Shown here: piece by piece, positions 46,122 to 54,714 of the stretch
How positions within the stretch are numbered: the stretch's first letter is position 1
Layout of the letters: every line of letters begins with the position of its first letter
From: Oscillospiraceae bacterium
GTDB lineage: Bacteria > Bacillota > Clostridia > Oscillospirales > Oscillospiraceae
DNA length: 64,000 nt
Direction: 5' to 3'
NCBI GenBank assembly: GCA_009785525.1
Contig: WQWC01000005.1
Span: 11,308-75,307 of the forward strand
The notes under the pieces: generated by a model
Database searches by the model: none
What the model saw: only the letters and a program-made list of their open reading frames with translations
Told to the model about the DNA's origin: nothing
Program-made: the position numbers and the translations under genes

Positions 46122-47012
46122 TTACACTTTCAGATATTTATTCAGCGCGATTCCGCTTCCGCCGGCGCCGACGCCCAGTCCTATAGCAACAAAAACCACG
46201 AACAGCGGCAACGAAACATTCGCAAACGGAATGACCGATACAAATCCCGCCTCAAAAGTGACAACTCTGGTCGCCACAAGCCGGTATAACGCCCAAAGGG
46301 ATGCAAATGCCGCCAGCGCGCCGCTGCCCCCCAGAATAAACCCCTCATATACAAACGGCCAGCGTATGAATGAGTTTGTCGCGCCCACCATCCGCATTAT
46401 CGCAATCTCTTCCCGCCGCTCAAACGTTGCCAGTTTGATTGTGTTTGTCATTATAAACAGTGAAATTGACAAAAGCACGGCGATAATTACGACCGATATG
46501 ACGTTGACGACCCGCCTGAAAGTCACAAGCCCCTGCGCCACTTGCAGGTTGGCATTCACCCTCGCGACGCCCTGCACGCCGAGTAAATCGTCCTGCGTCT
46601 GTGCAATCAGTTCCACGTTGTGCACGTACACAACGAACCGATGCCGAGTGACGGTGTAATCAATGTCGGAAAAAATGTTGGGATTTTCATGTCTGCCGAT
46701 AAATGAATACAGCGCGTCTTGCCTATGGATAAATTCAGCTGTAGACACATTCGGGATTCTGAGGATTTGTGTTTCAATTCCGCGAGCTTCCTCATCTGAT
46801 AGATTCTCGTCAATAATTGCCAGGACGACATTCTCATCCTCAAGCACGCCTATAAGATCATTGATATTTGCGGATAAAAGGACAAAGCTGCCCATTATTA
46901 TAAGAAATGCGATTATAATGCATACAGATGCAAACGACATAAAGCCGTGTGTGAATATGCTGCTGAAGCCCTCTTTAATGTAATATCCTGTTCTGTTTCT
47001 CTTCATCTTCAT
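46122..47012 (-). CDS. ftsX: Cell division permease FtsX
   Basis: 4-TM FtsX architecture with a large extracellular loop. REEIAIMRMVGATNSFIRWPF motif. Start uncertain (47012, 47006 or 47036); overlaps the ftsE 3' end. Confidence 0.85.
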   Translation of the reverse strand: MKMKRNRTGYYIKEGFSSIFTHGFMSFASVCIIIAFLIIMGSFVLLSANINDLIGVLEDENVVLAIIDENLSDEEARGIETQILRIPNVSTAEFIHRQDALYSFIGRHENPNIFSDIDYTVTRHRFVVYVHNVELIAQTQDDLLGVQGVARVNANLQVAQGLVTFRRVVNVISVVIIAVLLSISLFIMTNTIKLATFERREEIAIMRMVGATNSFIRWPFVYEGFILGGSGALAAFASLWALYRLVATRVVTFEAGFVSVIPFANVSLPLFVVFVAIGLGVGAGGSGIALNKYLKV

Positions 47013-47688
47013 AATTGTAGTACCCGTCCACCCCATCGCTGATTATTCGTCCGCCGTCAATTGCGACAACGCGTTCATGCAATTTATCCACAAGCGCTTT
47101 CTCATGCGTAACGACTAAGACTGTCGTGCCAAGCTGGTTGATTTTTTGCAGTAATGTAAAAATTTCCAGACTTCGCGCGGGGTCTAAATTTCCTGTAGGC
47201 TCGTCCGCTATTATAAGGCTTGGATTGTTGACCAAAGCCCGGGCGACAGCTACTCGCTGCTGCTCCCCGCCGGACAGTTCCGGCGGTTTTGATTTCGCCT
47301 TGTCTTCAAGGCCGACAAGCTCCAGCACATACGGTACGCGTTGGCGTATTTCTTTGTTAGTCACGCTAACGGCTCGCATTGCGAAAGCGACATTCTCATA
47401 AACCGTTTTTTCGTCAATCAGACGAAAATCCTGAAAAATAACCCCCAGCGTTCGCCTTAAAAAAGGCAGTTTGCGCATTTTGATTGTATTCATGTCATAT
47501 CCGTTGACGATTATTTCACCTTCCGTCGGCGCGACTTCTCCGGTCAGCAGCTTGATAATCGTGGATTTTCCCGATCCCGATGGCCCGACTAAAAACGCGA
47601 ACCTCCCGGTGTCAAGGGTAAAGCTGACACCTTTAAGCGCCTTTGTTCCATTTCCGTATACTTTAAAAACGTCGGTCATTCTAATCAT
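46975..47688 (-). CDS. ftsE: Cell division ATP-binding protein FtsE
   Basis: GPSGSGKST Walker A, LSGGEQQRVAVARAL signature and IIADEPTGNLD Walker B. Confidence 0.94.
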   Translation of the reverse strand: MIRMTDVFKVYGNGTKALKGVSFTLDTGRFAFLVGPSGSGKSTIIKLLTGEVAPTEGEIIVNGYDMNTIKMRKLPFLRRTLGVIFQDFRLIDEKTVYENVAFAMRAVSVTNKEIRQRVPYVLELVGLEDKAKSKPPELSGGEQQRVAVARALVNNPSLIIADEPTGNLDPARSLEIFTLLQKINQLGTTVLVVTHEKALVDKLHERVVAIDGGRIISDGVDGYYNYEDEEKQNRILH

Positions 47689-48777
47689 TTAATATTTAGA
47701 CTCCTGTGATACCAGATACTTCTTTACCATAAGGGCAACTTTGAATATGATCGCGTGATCAAACTCACGCAGATCAAGCCCGGTGATTTTTTTAATTTTC
47801 TCAAGCCTGTAGACAAGCGTATTTCTGTGGACGAACAATTTCCGTGACGTTTCGGAGACATTCAGGCTGTTTTCAAAAAACTTGTCGATCGTAAACAGCG
47901 TCTCCGAATCCAAAGCCTCTATCGGGTTCTTCTTAAAAACTTCAGACAAGAATATCTCGCACAACGTCGTCGGCAATTGATAGATCAGCCTGCCGATACC
48001 AAGGCTTTCATAGCTGATTATCGTCTTATCCGATTCAAAAACCCTGCCGACATCAATCGATATCTGCGCTTCTTTGAATCTTACCGCAAGTTCCCGCAAA
48101 TGCCGCGCGGGTGTGCCTATGCCTATCACAACACTCAGGCCGAGACCGTCGTTTAACTTCCGTTCGATCAATTCCGCCAGCTCATTAAGCTGATTCAGTT
48201 CCCCAGAAGGCGGCAGTTCTTTTATCAGCGCGATTTCAGTATCACTGACTGAGATGACAAAATCCTGCTGCTTGTCCGGGAACATATCTTGCAGCAACTC
48301 AACCGCCGACAAATCCATCGCGGCCCAGTGGCGGATTACAATTACACCCCTAGGCACTTCGGAATCGAAACTCAGTTCATTCGCGCGGACGTACAGATCT
48401 CCGGGCAAGATGTTTTCGGAGATGATGTTTTTGACAAAAGCTCGGTTGTCGTGGCTTTCTTCAAAATATGTCCCCGCCTCGTTAATAGCGACGGCCGCCA
48501 TAATACACACGGCTCTCGCAAAATCATCCTCACCCTCGGCGAAAACGGCATAGTCGCCGGTCGCACCAGAGCTTAGGACTTTGAACGTTCTGCCTTGGCT
48601 CTTAACTGTTTTATCACCGGATTCATTGTAAAATTCAGGAGTGGAATCAATACTGGAGCCGATTATTGATAAATCACTACTTGCGACAATCGTTCCCTCA
48701 GAATCCACAACACCTATTGAGCGTGTTGTCGCATCTTTCATTTGGACAATAACGCTCTGAAAAATCCTGCTAGACAC
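47689..48777 (-). CDS. PucR/CdaR-family transcriptional regulator
   Basis: C-terminal HTH NVSETSRKLFVHRNTLVYRLEKIKKITGLD. N-terminal IVQMKD...VVDSEGTIVASSD resembles the CdaR sensor domain. GTG 48777 has a GAGGGGG RBS; the ORF is open to 48798. Confidence 0.75.
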   Translation of the reverse strand: MSSRIFQSVIVQMKDATTRSIGVVDSEGTIVASSDLSIIGSSIDSTPEFYNESGDKTVKSQGRTFKVLSSGATGDYAVFAEGEDDFARAVCIMAAVAINEAGTYFEESHDNRAFVKNIISENILPGDLYVRANELSFDSEVPRGVIVIRHWAAMDLSAVELLQDMFPDKQQDFVISVSDTEIALIKELPPSGELNQLNELAELIERKLNDGLGLSVVIGIGTPARHLRELAVRFKEAQISIDVGRVFESDKTIISYESLGIGRLIYQLPTTLCEIFLSEVFKKNPIEALDSETLFTIDKFFENSLNVSETSRKLFVHRNTLVYRLEKIKKITGLDLREFDHAIIFKVALMVKKYLVSQESKY

Positions 48778-49004
48778 TACACTGCCCCCTCTCGGCAACT
48801 TTAATCCGCCGCCGTTTTATTTTTATGAATTTACTTACATCCTACATAATATACTGTTATGCGGAATTATTCAATAGTAAATTCGTCTTTTTCTGTAAAC
48901 TTTTTTCTTTTTTTGTTACTTATCTTGGGAAATGCCTTGTAAATCGCTTGAAAGTTTGCGATTTTCGCCTGTGGTGTGATGCGTTCGTTGTTACGACCTT
49001 GTTG

Positions 49005-49075
49005 GGGCGGATGGCAATCCGCCCGTTTGGTAATCTGTTTTCGAAATGATTGCTATCGTTCCCTACGGGGTGCGT
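49005..49075. repeat. GC-rich hairpin element (copy 5)
   Basis: GGGCGGAT-ggca-ATCCGCCC at 49006-49025, plus TCCCTACGGGG at 49061-49071. Confidence 0.45.
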
Positions 49076-49190
49076 TGTATAATATATCATATCACACTAA
49101 ACCAACTGCCTTGTCATATCCGAGGACAAAAACGAATAAGCTGTACAAAGGTGTGCCAACACGCCTAAAAAACTCAAGCGGGGTGAGAGT

Positions 49191-49664
49191 ATGTTTATTT
49201 TTACTGCTAAATTCAACAGAAAAAGGGCCGTCACTGTTGCGCTGGCGCTTGCAGTCGTTATATGCGCGATAATCTTGATTGCCGGCGGAGGCACCGGCCC
49301 TGACGGGACGGTTTCATTATCCGGCATAGCCAGGAATAACGGTCAGCGGGTACAATATTTACAGTCTCTGGGATGGGAAATTGATGAAAACGCCATAGAT
49401 GAACAGGAGATAGTCATTCCCAGGGCATTTGTGGGAATTTATGAAGAATACAACGCAATCCAGCTTGCGCAGGGATTCGACCTGTCGCAATTCGGCGGCG
49501 TCGCGGCGACGCGGTATACATACAGGGTTCTGAATTATCCAAACTATGAATCGGAAGTCGTCGCTGATATCATCATCTTCAGAGGCGAGATAATCGCAGG
49601 CAACATACAGTCCATCGCTTTTGACGGGTTTATGTCGGGACTGCGATTCCCCGGCGGGGATTGA
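49191..49664 (+). CDS. DUF4830-like membrane-anchored protein
   Basis: N-terminal TM anchor. LQSLGWEIDENAIDEQEIVIPRAF...YNAIQLAQGFDL resembles the DUF4830 family seen in Clostridia (recalled, not searched). Confidence 0.6.
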   Translation: MFIFTAKFNRKRAVTVALALAVVICAIILIAGGGTGPDGTVSLSGIARNNGQRVQYLQSLGWEIDENAIDEQEIVIPRAFVGIYEEYNAIQLAQGFDLSQFGGVAATRYTYRVLNYPNYESEVVADIIIFRGEIIAGNIQSIAFDGFMSGLRFPGGD

Positions 49665-49687
49665 TAACCCGCGGGAATTAGCCGGTC

Positions 49688-49720
49688 AAAGGCCGCTGTT
49701 ATCTCACAACAGCGGCCTTT
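49688..49720. terminator. Bidirectional terminator between DUF4830 gene and tuf
   Basis: AAAGGCCGCTGTT-atctcac-AACAGCGGCCTTT, a 13-bp perfect stem flanked by A and T runs. Confidence 0.8.
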
Positions 49721-49742
49721 GTGATTAAATAAAATGCCGGGA

Positions 49743-50942
49743 TTATTCGTTAATCGCGATTACAACGCCGGAGCCGACTGTGCGGCCGCCTTCGCGGATA
49801 GCGAAACGAAGTCCGTTCTCAATGGCTATCGGGGTAATCAGCTCAACATCCATCTCAACGTTGTCGCCGGGCATGCACATCTCAATACCCTCTGGAAGAG
49901 ATACTACGCCAGTAACGTCGGTGGTACGGAAATAGAACTGCGGGCGGTAGTTGTTGAAAAACGGGGTATGACGGCCGCCCTCTTCCTTTGAAAGGATATA
50001 TACTTGGCCTCTAAATTTTGTGAGAGGCTTGATGCTTCCGGGTTTTGCAAGTACCTGTCCTCTTTCGATCTGGTCTCTTGAAATTCCGCGAAGAAGCATA
50101 CCTGCATTGTCGCCAGCCTCAGCGTAATCAAGGCTCTTTCTGAACATCTCAATACCCGTGACGACTGTTTCTTTCGTTTCTGTGATTCCAACGATCTCAA
50201 CTTTGTCGTTCATGTTGATTTGTCCGCGCTCAACACGTCCGGTTGCAACTGTTCCGCGTCCTGTGATTGTCATTGTGTCTTCAACAGGCATCAGGAACGG
50301 CAGGTCAGCCTTACGCTCCGGCGTGGGGATATAGCTGTCAACAGCGTCCATCAACTCTTTGATGCAAGCGTATTCAGGTGCATTCGGATCATCAGAAGCA
50401 CACTCAAGCGCCATCAGGCCGCTGCCTTTGATAACCGGGATATCATCGCCCGGGAACTCATAGTACGAAAGCAGTTCACGTACTTCCATCTCAACAAGCT
50501 CAAGAAGCTCTTCGTCATCCACCTGGTCGGCTTTGTTTAGAAACACGACTATCGCAGGCACGCCAACCTGGCGGGCGAGCAATATGTGCTCACGCGTTTG
50601 AGCCATCGGTCCGTCAGAAGCGGCGATAACGAGAATAGAACCGTCCATCTGTGCCGCGCCTGTTATCATGTTCTTGATATAGTCGGCGTGACCCGGGCAG
50701 TCAACGTGCGCATAGTGGCGCGCGTCCGTCTCGTACTCAACGTGTGATGTGTTGATTGTGATTCCGCGCTCACGCTCTTCCGGGGCTTTATCGATAGCGT
50801 CATACGCCTCGAATTTCGCGTTGCCTGTCAGGCTTAAAAACTTCGTGATAGCTGCGGTGAGTGTTGTTTTGCCGTGGTCAACGTGGCCGATTGTACCGAT
50901 ATTGACGTGAGGCTTGTTTCTTTCAAACTTTTGCTTGCCCAT
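49743..50942 (-). CDS. tuf: Elongation factor Tu
   Basis: [18 protein letters not shown] and NKADQV GTPase motifs. Full-length 399 aa. Confidence 0.98.
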   Translation of the reverse strand: MGKQKFERNKPHVNIGTIGHVDHGKTTLTAAITKFLSLTGNAKFEAYDAIDKAPEERERGITINTSHVEYETDARHYAHVDCPGHADYIKNMITGAAQMDGSILVIAASDGPMAQTREHILLARQVGVPAIVVFLNKADQVDDEELLELVEMEVRELLSYYEFPGDDIPVIKGSGLMALECASDDPNAPEYACIKELMDAVDSYIPTPERKADLPFLMPVEDTMTITGRGTVATGRVERGQINMNDKVEIVGITETKETVVTGIEMFRKSLDYAEAGDNAGMLLRGISRDQIERGQVLAKPGSIKPLTKFRGQVYILSKEEGGRHTPFFNNYRPQFYFRTTDVTGVVSLPEGIEMCMPGDNVEMDVELITPIAIENGLRFAIREGGRTVGSGVVIAINE

Positions 50943-51060
50943 TGCTTATAAATCCTCCTTACGATATCAAATAAAAATTCTTAATATTATGCGGTATTTT
51001 AACTTATTCTTTCAGTTTTTGCAAGTCTAAATTTTGCGCGGATAAAATCGAAGATATGGC

Positions 51061-53142
51061 TTATTTTTTTGTTCCCATAATTTCTTCTTGCAGGGACTTC
51101 GGCAATTCAACATAATGGCTTGGTTCCATTGCGTAGTTACCACGTCCCTGGGTGTTAGATCTCAGTACCGTCGCGTATCCGAACATTGTGGACAGCGGGA
51201 CAAGCGCGTTTATCTGCGCAGCGCCGAGCTTTGTTTCCATGCCTGTTATCTGCCCGCGACGCGCGTTCAGGTCGCCCATAACGTCGCCCATATACTCTTC
51301 TGGAACTGTGACAGCGACTTTCATAATCGGCTCCAGCAGCACGGGGCTTGCTTTATGCATCGCCTCTTTAAACGCCATGCTTCCGGCAATTTTGAATGCC
51401 ATTTCGCTGGAGTCCACTTCATGGAATGACCCATCGTACAGCGTCACCTTGACGTCAACGACTTGGTATCCCGCCAAGACGCCCGCCGCCATCGCGCCGG
51501 AAATGCCTTGATCCACCGCCGGGATATACTCTTTCGGTATCGTTCCGCCAACGATTTTGTTGACGAATTCGTAACCTTTGCCGGGCTCATTCGGCTCGAC
51601 AATGATCTTTACGTGACCGTATTGGCCTCTGCCGCCGGATTGACGTGCGTATTTGACATCAACGTCGGCCTGTTTGCGAACCGTCTCTTTGTAAGAAACT
51701 TGCGGTGTGCCGACATTTGCCTCAACCCTGAACTCGCGCAGCAATCTGTCTACGATTATTTCAAGGTGCAGCTCACCCATTCCAGCGATGATTGTCTGAC
51801 CTGTTTCCTCGTCTGAATAGGTTTTAAACGTCGGATCTTCTTCAGTCAGTTTGGCAAGCGCCACGCCCATTTTTTCCTGACCGGCTTTGGTCTTAGGCTC
51901 AATCGCCACGCGGATAACCGGTTCCGGGAACTCCATCGACTCCAGGATTATCGGATTCTTCTCATCGCACAGAGTGTCCCCCGTTGTTGTGTTTTTCAGG
52001 CCGACCGCCGCGACTATGTCGCCTGTATGCGTGGTCTCTATATCCTCCCGGTGATTGGCGTGCATTTGAAGAATGCGCCCCAATCTCTCCCTGTGCCCTT
52101 TCGTGGAATTGTAGAGCATTGAACCCGTTTGGACAGCACCGGAATAGACTCTGAAAAACGACAGTCTGCCGACATATGGATCGGTCATAATCTTAAACGC
52201 CAGCGCGGAAAATGGTGCGTCGTCAGACGGCGGACGGCTGTCGGCTTCATCTGTGCCCGGTTTTGTCCCAGATATAGCCGGGATATCAACGGGCGATGGC
52301 AGGTAATCAACGATCGCGTCAAGCAGCTTTTGGATGCCCTTGTTCCTGTATGATGTGCCGCAAACGACAGGTATAAATTTTACCGCCAGCGTCGCTTTGC
52401 GTATCGCAGCTTTCAATGACTCGACCGGGATTTCCTCGCCTTCGAGATATTTTTCCATAATCTCATCGTCAAAGTCTGAGACGGCTTCAATCAGCTTCAT
52501 CCGTGACTCTTCGACAAGCGGCATCATGTCCTCCGGAATCGGCTCGACACGCATGTCTTTTCCCAAGTCATCGTAATAGATATCGGCGTTCATCTCGACA
52601 AGGTCGATGATACCCTTGAACTCCGCTTCGGAGCCAATCGGCAACTGAATCGGGACAGCGTTGGCTTTCAGCCTTTCGTGGACCATTTGGACCACATTGA
52701 AAAAGTCCGCGCCAACTATGTCCATTTTATTGACGTATATCATACGCGGGACATGATAGTGGTCAGCCTGACGCCAGACGGTTTCTGACTGAGGCTCAAC
52801 CCCGCCTTTCGCGCACATGACTGTCACCGAACCGTCCAGCACACGCAATGACCGCTCAACTTCAACGGTGAAGTCAACGTGTCCGGGCGTATCTATAATG
52901 TTAATGCGGTGATCGTTCCAGAAACAGGTTGTCGCGGCGGAGGTTATGGTAATCCCCCGCTCTTGCTCTTGCTCCATCCAGTCCATTGTAGCGGCGCCCT
53001 CATGGGTTTCGCCAAGTTTATGCGTGCGTCCGGTATAGAACAATATGCGCTCTGTCGTCGTGGTCTTTCCCGCGTCTATATGAGCCATTATGCCAATATT
53101 TCTTGTTTTTTCAAGTGGGTATTGCCTCGGCACATCACTCAC
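51061..53142 (-). CDS. fusA: Elongation factor G
   Basis: [20 protein letters not shown] and NKMD motifs. 693 aa. Confidence 0.98.
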   Translation of the reverse strand: MSDVPRQYPLEKTRNIGIMAHIDAGKTTTTERILFYTGRTHKLGETHEGAATMDWMEQEQERGITITSAATTCFWNDHRINIIDTPGHVDFTVEVERSLRVLDGSVTVMCAKGGVEPQSETVWRQADHYHVPRMIYVNKMDIVGADFFNVVQMVHERLKANAVPIQLPIGSEAEFKGIIDLVEMNADIYYDDLGKDMRVEPIPEDMMPLVEESRMKLIEAVSDFDDEIMEKYLEGEEIPVESLKAAIRKATLAVKFIPVVCGTSYRNKGIQKLLDAIVDYLPSPVDIPAISGTKPGTDEADSRPPSDDAPFSALAFKIMTDPYVGRLSFFRVYSGAVQTGSMLYNSTKGHRERLGRILQMHANHREDIETTHTGDIVAAVGLKNTTTGDTLCDEKNPIILESMEFPEPVIRVAIEPKTKAGQEKMGVALAKLTEEDPTFKTYSDEETGQTIIAGMGELHLEIIVDRLLREFRVEANVGTPQVSYKETVRKQADVDVKYARQSGGRGQYGHVKIIVEPNEPGKGYEFVNKIVGGTIPKEYIPAVDQGISGAMAAGVLAGYQVVDVKVTLYDGSFHEVDSSEMAFKIAGSMAFKEAMHKASPVLLEPIMKVAVTVPEEYMGDVMGDLNARRGQITGMETKLGAAQINALVPLSTMFGYATVLRSNTQGRGNYAMEPSHYVELPKSLQEEIMGTKK

Positions 53143-53170
53143 TCCTCTCTAATCTGATGCTGTGTTTTGA

Positions 53171-53190
53171 CGGGCGGATACACCGCCCCT
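53171..53190. repeat. GC-rich hairpin related to the repeat family (copy 6)
   Basis: GGGCGG-ataca-CCGCCC. The minus strand reads GGGGCGGTGTATCCGCCCGTC, close to copy 5 (GGGGCGGATGGCAATCCGCCCGT). Lies in the rpsG-fusA spacer. Confidence 0.45.
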
Positions 53191-53266
53191 TTCCGGCGAA
53201 AAAGACCGAAATCGTATTTTGCAGCTTCCATGCGGATTTGTTCCGCACATTGCGTGGTTATGTCTC

Positions 53267-53737
53267 TTACCAGCGATAGTGTGCGAACGCTTTATTAGAA
53301 TCCGCCATTCTGTGCGTGTCTTCACGCTTTTTCACAGCGGCGCCTAGACTATTCGACGCATCCATTATTTCGCCGGCTAAACGTTCTCTCATCGTTTTCT
53401 CATTGCGCGCTCTGGTATAAGTCGTCAGCCAGCGCAGTCCTAATGTCTGCCGCCTGTCGGGTCTTACTTCAATCGGAACCTGATACGTGGCTCCACCAAC
53501 GCGCCGGGCCTTTACCTCAAGTGTCGGCATGATATTCTCCAGCGCTTCCATGAACACGTCAAGCGGTTCTTTTCCGGTTTTTTCACCGACGATGGTAAAC
53601 GCGCCGTAAACGACTTTCTGAGCCACACCCTTTTTTCCGTCCAGCATTATGCTGTTGATTAACCTTGTAACCATCACGGAATTATACAACGGATCCGGCA
53701 AGACTTCGCGTTTTGGTACGTTGCCTCTTCTGGGCAC
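53267..53737 (-). CDS. rpsG: 30S ribosomal protein S7
   Basis: [19 protein letters not shown]-terminus. GTG start at 53737 with a GGAGGG RBS 7 nt upstream. 156 aa. Confidence 0.95.
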   Translation of the reverse strand: MPRRGNVPKREVLPDPLYNSVMVTRLINSIMLDGKKGVAQKVVYGAFTIVGEKTGKEPLDVFMEALENIMPTLEVKARRVGGATYQVPIEVRPDRRQTLGLRWLTTYTRARNEKTMRERLAGEIMDASNSLGAAVKKREDTHRMADSNKAFAHYRW

Positions 53738-53970
53738 TATACTTCCCTCCTTCATATAAATGATTTCACAGGTACTACGAGCTACGGCAAACTGCGTTTG
53801 TCTAATGAAAAATTAGGAATGAAAAGTGAAAAATTATTCACTATTAATTATTCATTCTTCATTAGGACGCACAGCGTCCGCCCACCCGTCCGCCCGCTAT
53901 GAGGTAACATACAAAATGTATATTCACCTTCATGGCAAGGCTTCTGCCTTATGCATAAAGCGTAATAAGC

Positions 53971-54384
53971 TTAGGATTTTGGCCTTTTTGCGCCATACTT
54001 TGACCTGCTCTGTTTTCGGCCTTCCACGCCTTGGGTGTCAAGTGTTCCACGGATAATGTGGTAGCGCACGCCGGGCAAGTCTTTAACACGCCCGCCGCGG
54101 ATCATAACGACCGAGTGCTCTTGCAGATTGTGTCCGATACCGGGGATATAGGCCGTGACCTCATGGCCGTTTGTCAGCCTGATACGGGCAATCTTCCGCA
54201 GTGCCGAGTTGGGCTTCTTCGGAGTCGCTGTCCTAACCGCCGTACATACGCCGCGCCTCTGGGGGGATGATTGATCTGTCTCCCTGTTTTTCAGCGTGTT
54301 GAGGCCTTTCTGCATGGCCGGGGAGTTCGACTTATAAGTCTGAGTTTGCCTGCCCTTTCTGACGAGCTGATTAAATGTTGGCAT
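53971..54384 (-). CDS. rpsL: 30S ribosomal protein S12
   Basis: [13 protein letters not shown] start and [10 protein letters not shown] motif. AAAGGAGGAAA RBS before ATG 54384. Confidence 0.96.
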   Translation of the reverse strand: MPTFNQLVRKGRQTQTYKSNSPAMQKGLNTLKNRETDQSSPQRRGVCTAVRTATPKKPNSALRKIARIRLTNGHEVTAYIPGIGHNLQEHSVVMIRGGRVKDLPGVRYHIIRGTLDTQGVEGRKQSRSKYGAKRPKS

Positions 54385-54439
54385 TATTTTCCTCCTTTCT
54401 ATTGGTAATTGATGTGAAAAGTTCATCACACGAAAAATC

Positions 54440-54468
54440 ATTTTAACACAAGAATGCGGATACGTCAA
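54440..54468 (-). promoter_or_regulatory. Candidate promoter of the rpsL-rpsG-fusA-tuf (str) operon
   Basis: On the minus strand: TTGACG (54468-54463), 17-nt spacer, TAAAAT (54445-54440). Confidence 0.55.
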
Positions 54469-54714
54469 TAGTTAGTTTGCGGAACGTGGCAAAATCGTAT
54501 CTCCCGTCCTGTAGGAGCGGCATTCTGCCGTCCCTGGGTGGGTGGAACGAACGCCCATACACGGGAGATTAGACGGGGGCACGGCAGGACGCCGGGGACG
54601 GCGCCCCCTACAATTGGCCATTCGTATTGCCCATGTGCGGCAAAATCCGAAAACACTCATCCTCACCCGCTATGTCCTGAGGGCACCGTCCGAAGGCGGC
54701 GGATGTTTTGTCCC
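54469..54714. repeat. Largest composite GC-rich palindromic element (copy 8), filling the rpoC-rpsL spacer
   Basis: GTAGGAGCG (54511-54519) pairs with GCGCCCCCTACA (54601-54612). A further end, TGTCCCCTACAACG, contains the rpoC TAG stop at 54715-54717. Internal direct repeats GGCAAAATC and TCGTAT. The small ORFs predicted here are Arg/Pro/Gly-rich and look non-coding. Confidence 0.6.

Noticed and set aside
48799-49190. Possible small gene or riboswitch in the 390-nt PucR/DUF4830 divergent spacer
   Set aside because: The track ORFs here (48825-49049, 48976-49272) lack an RBS and have odd composition. I could identify only a repeat-family hairpin, a 7-bp inverted repeat (AAATCGC...GCGATTT) and an extended -10-like TGtTATAAT. 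No known riboswitch core motif was recognised.
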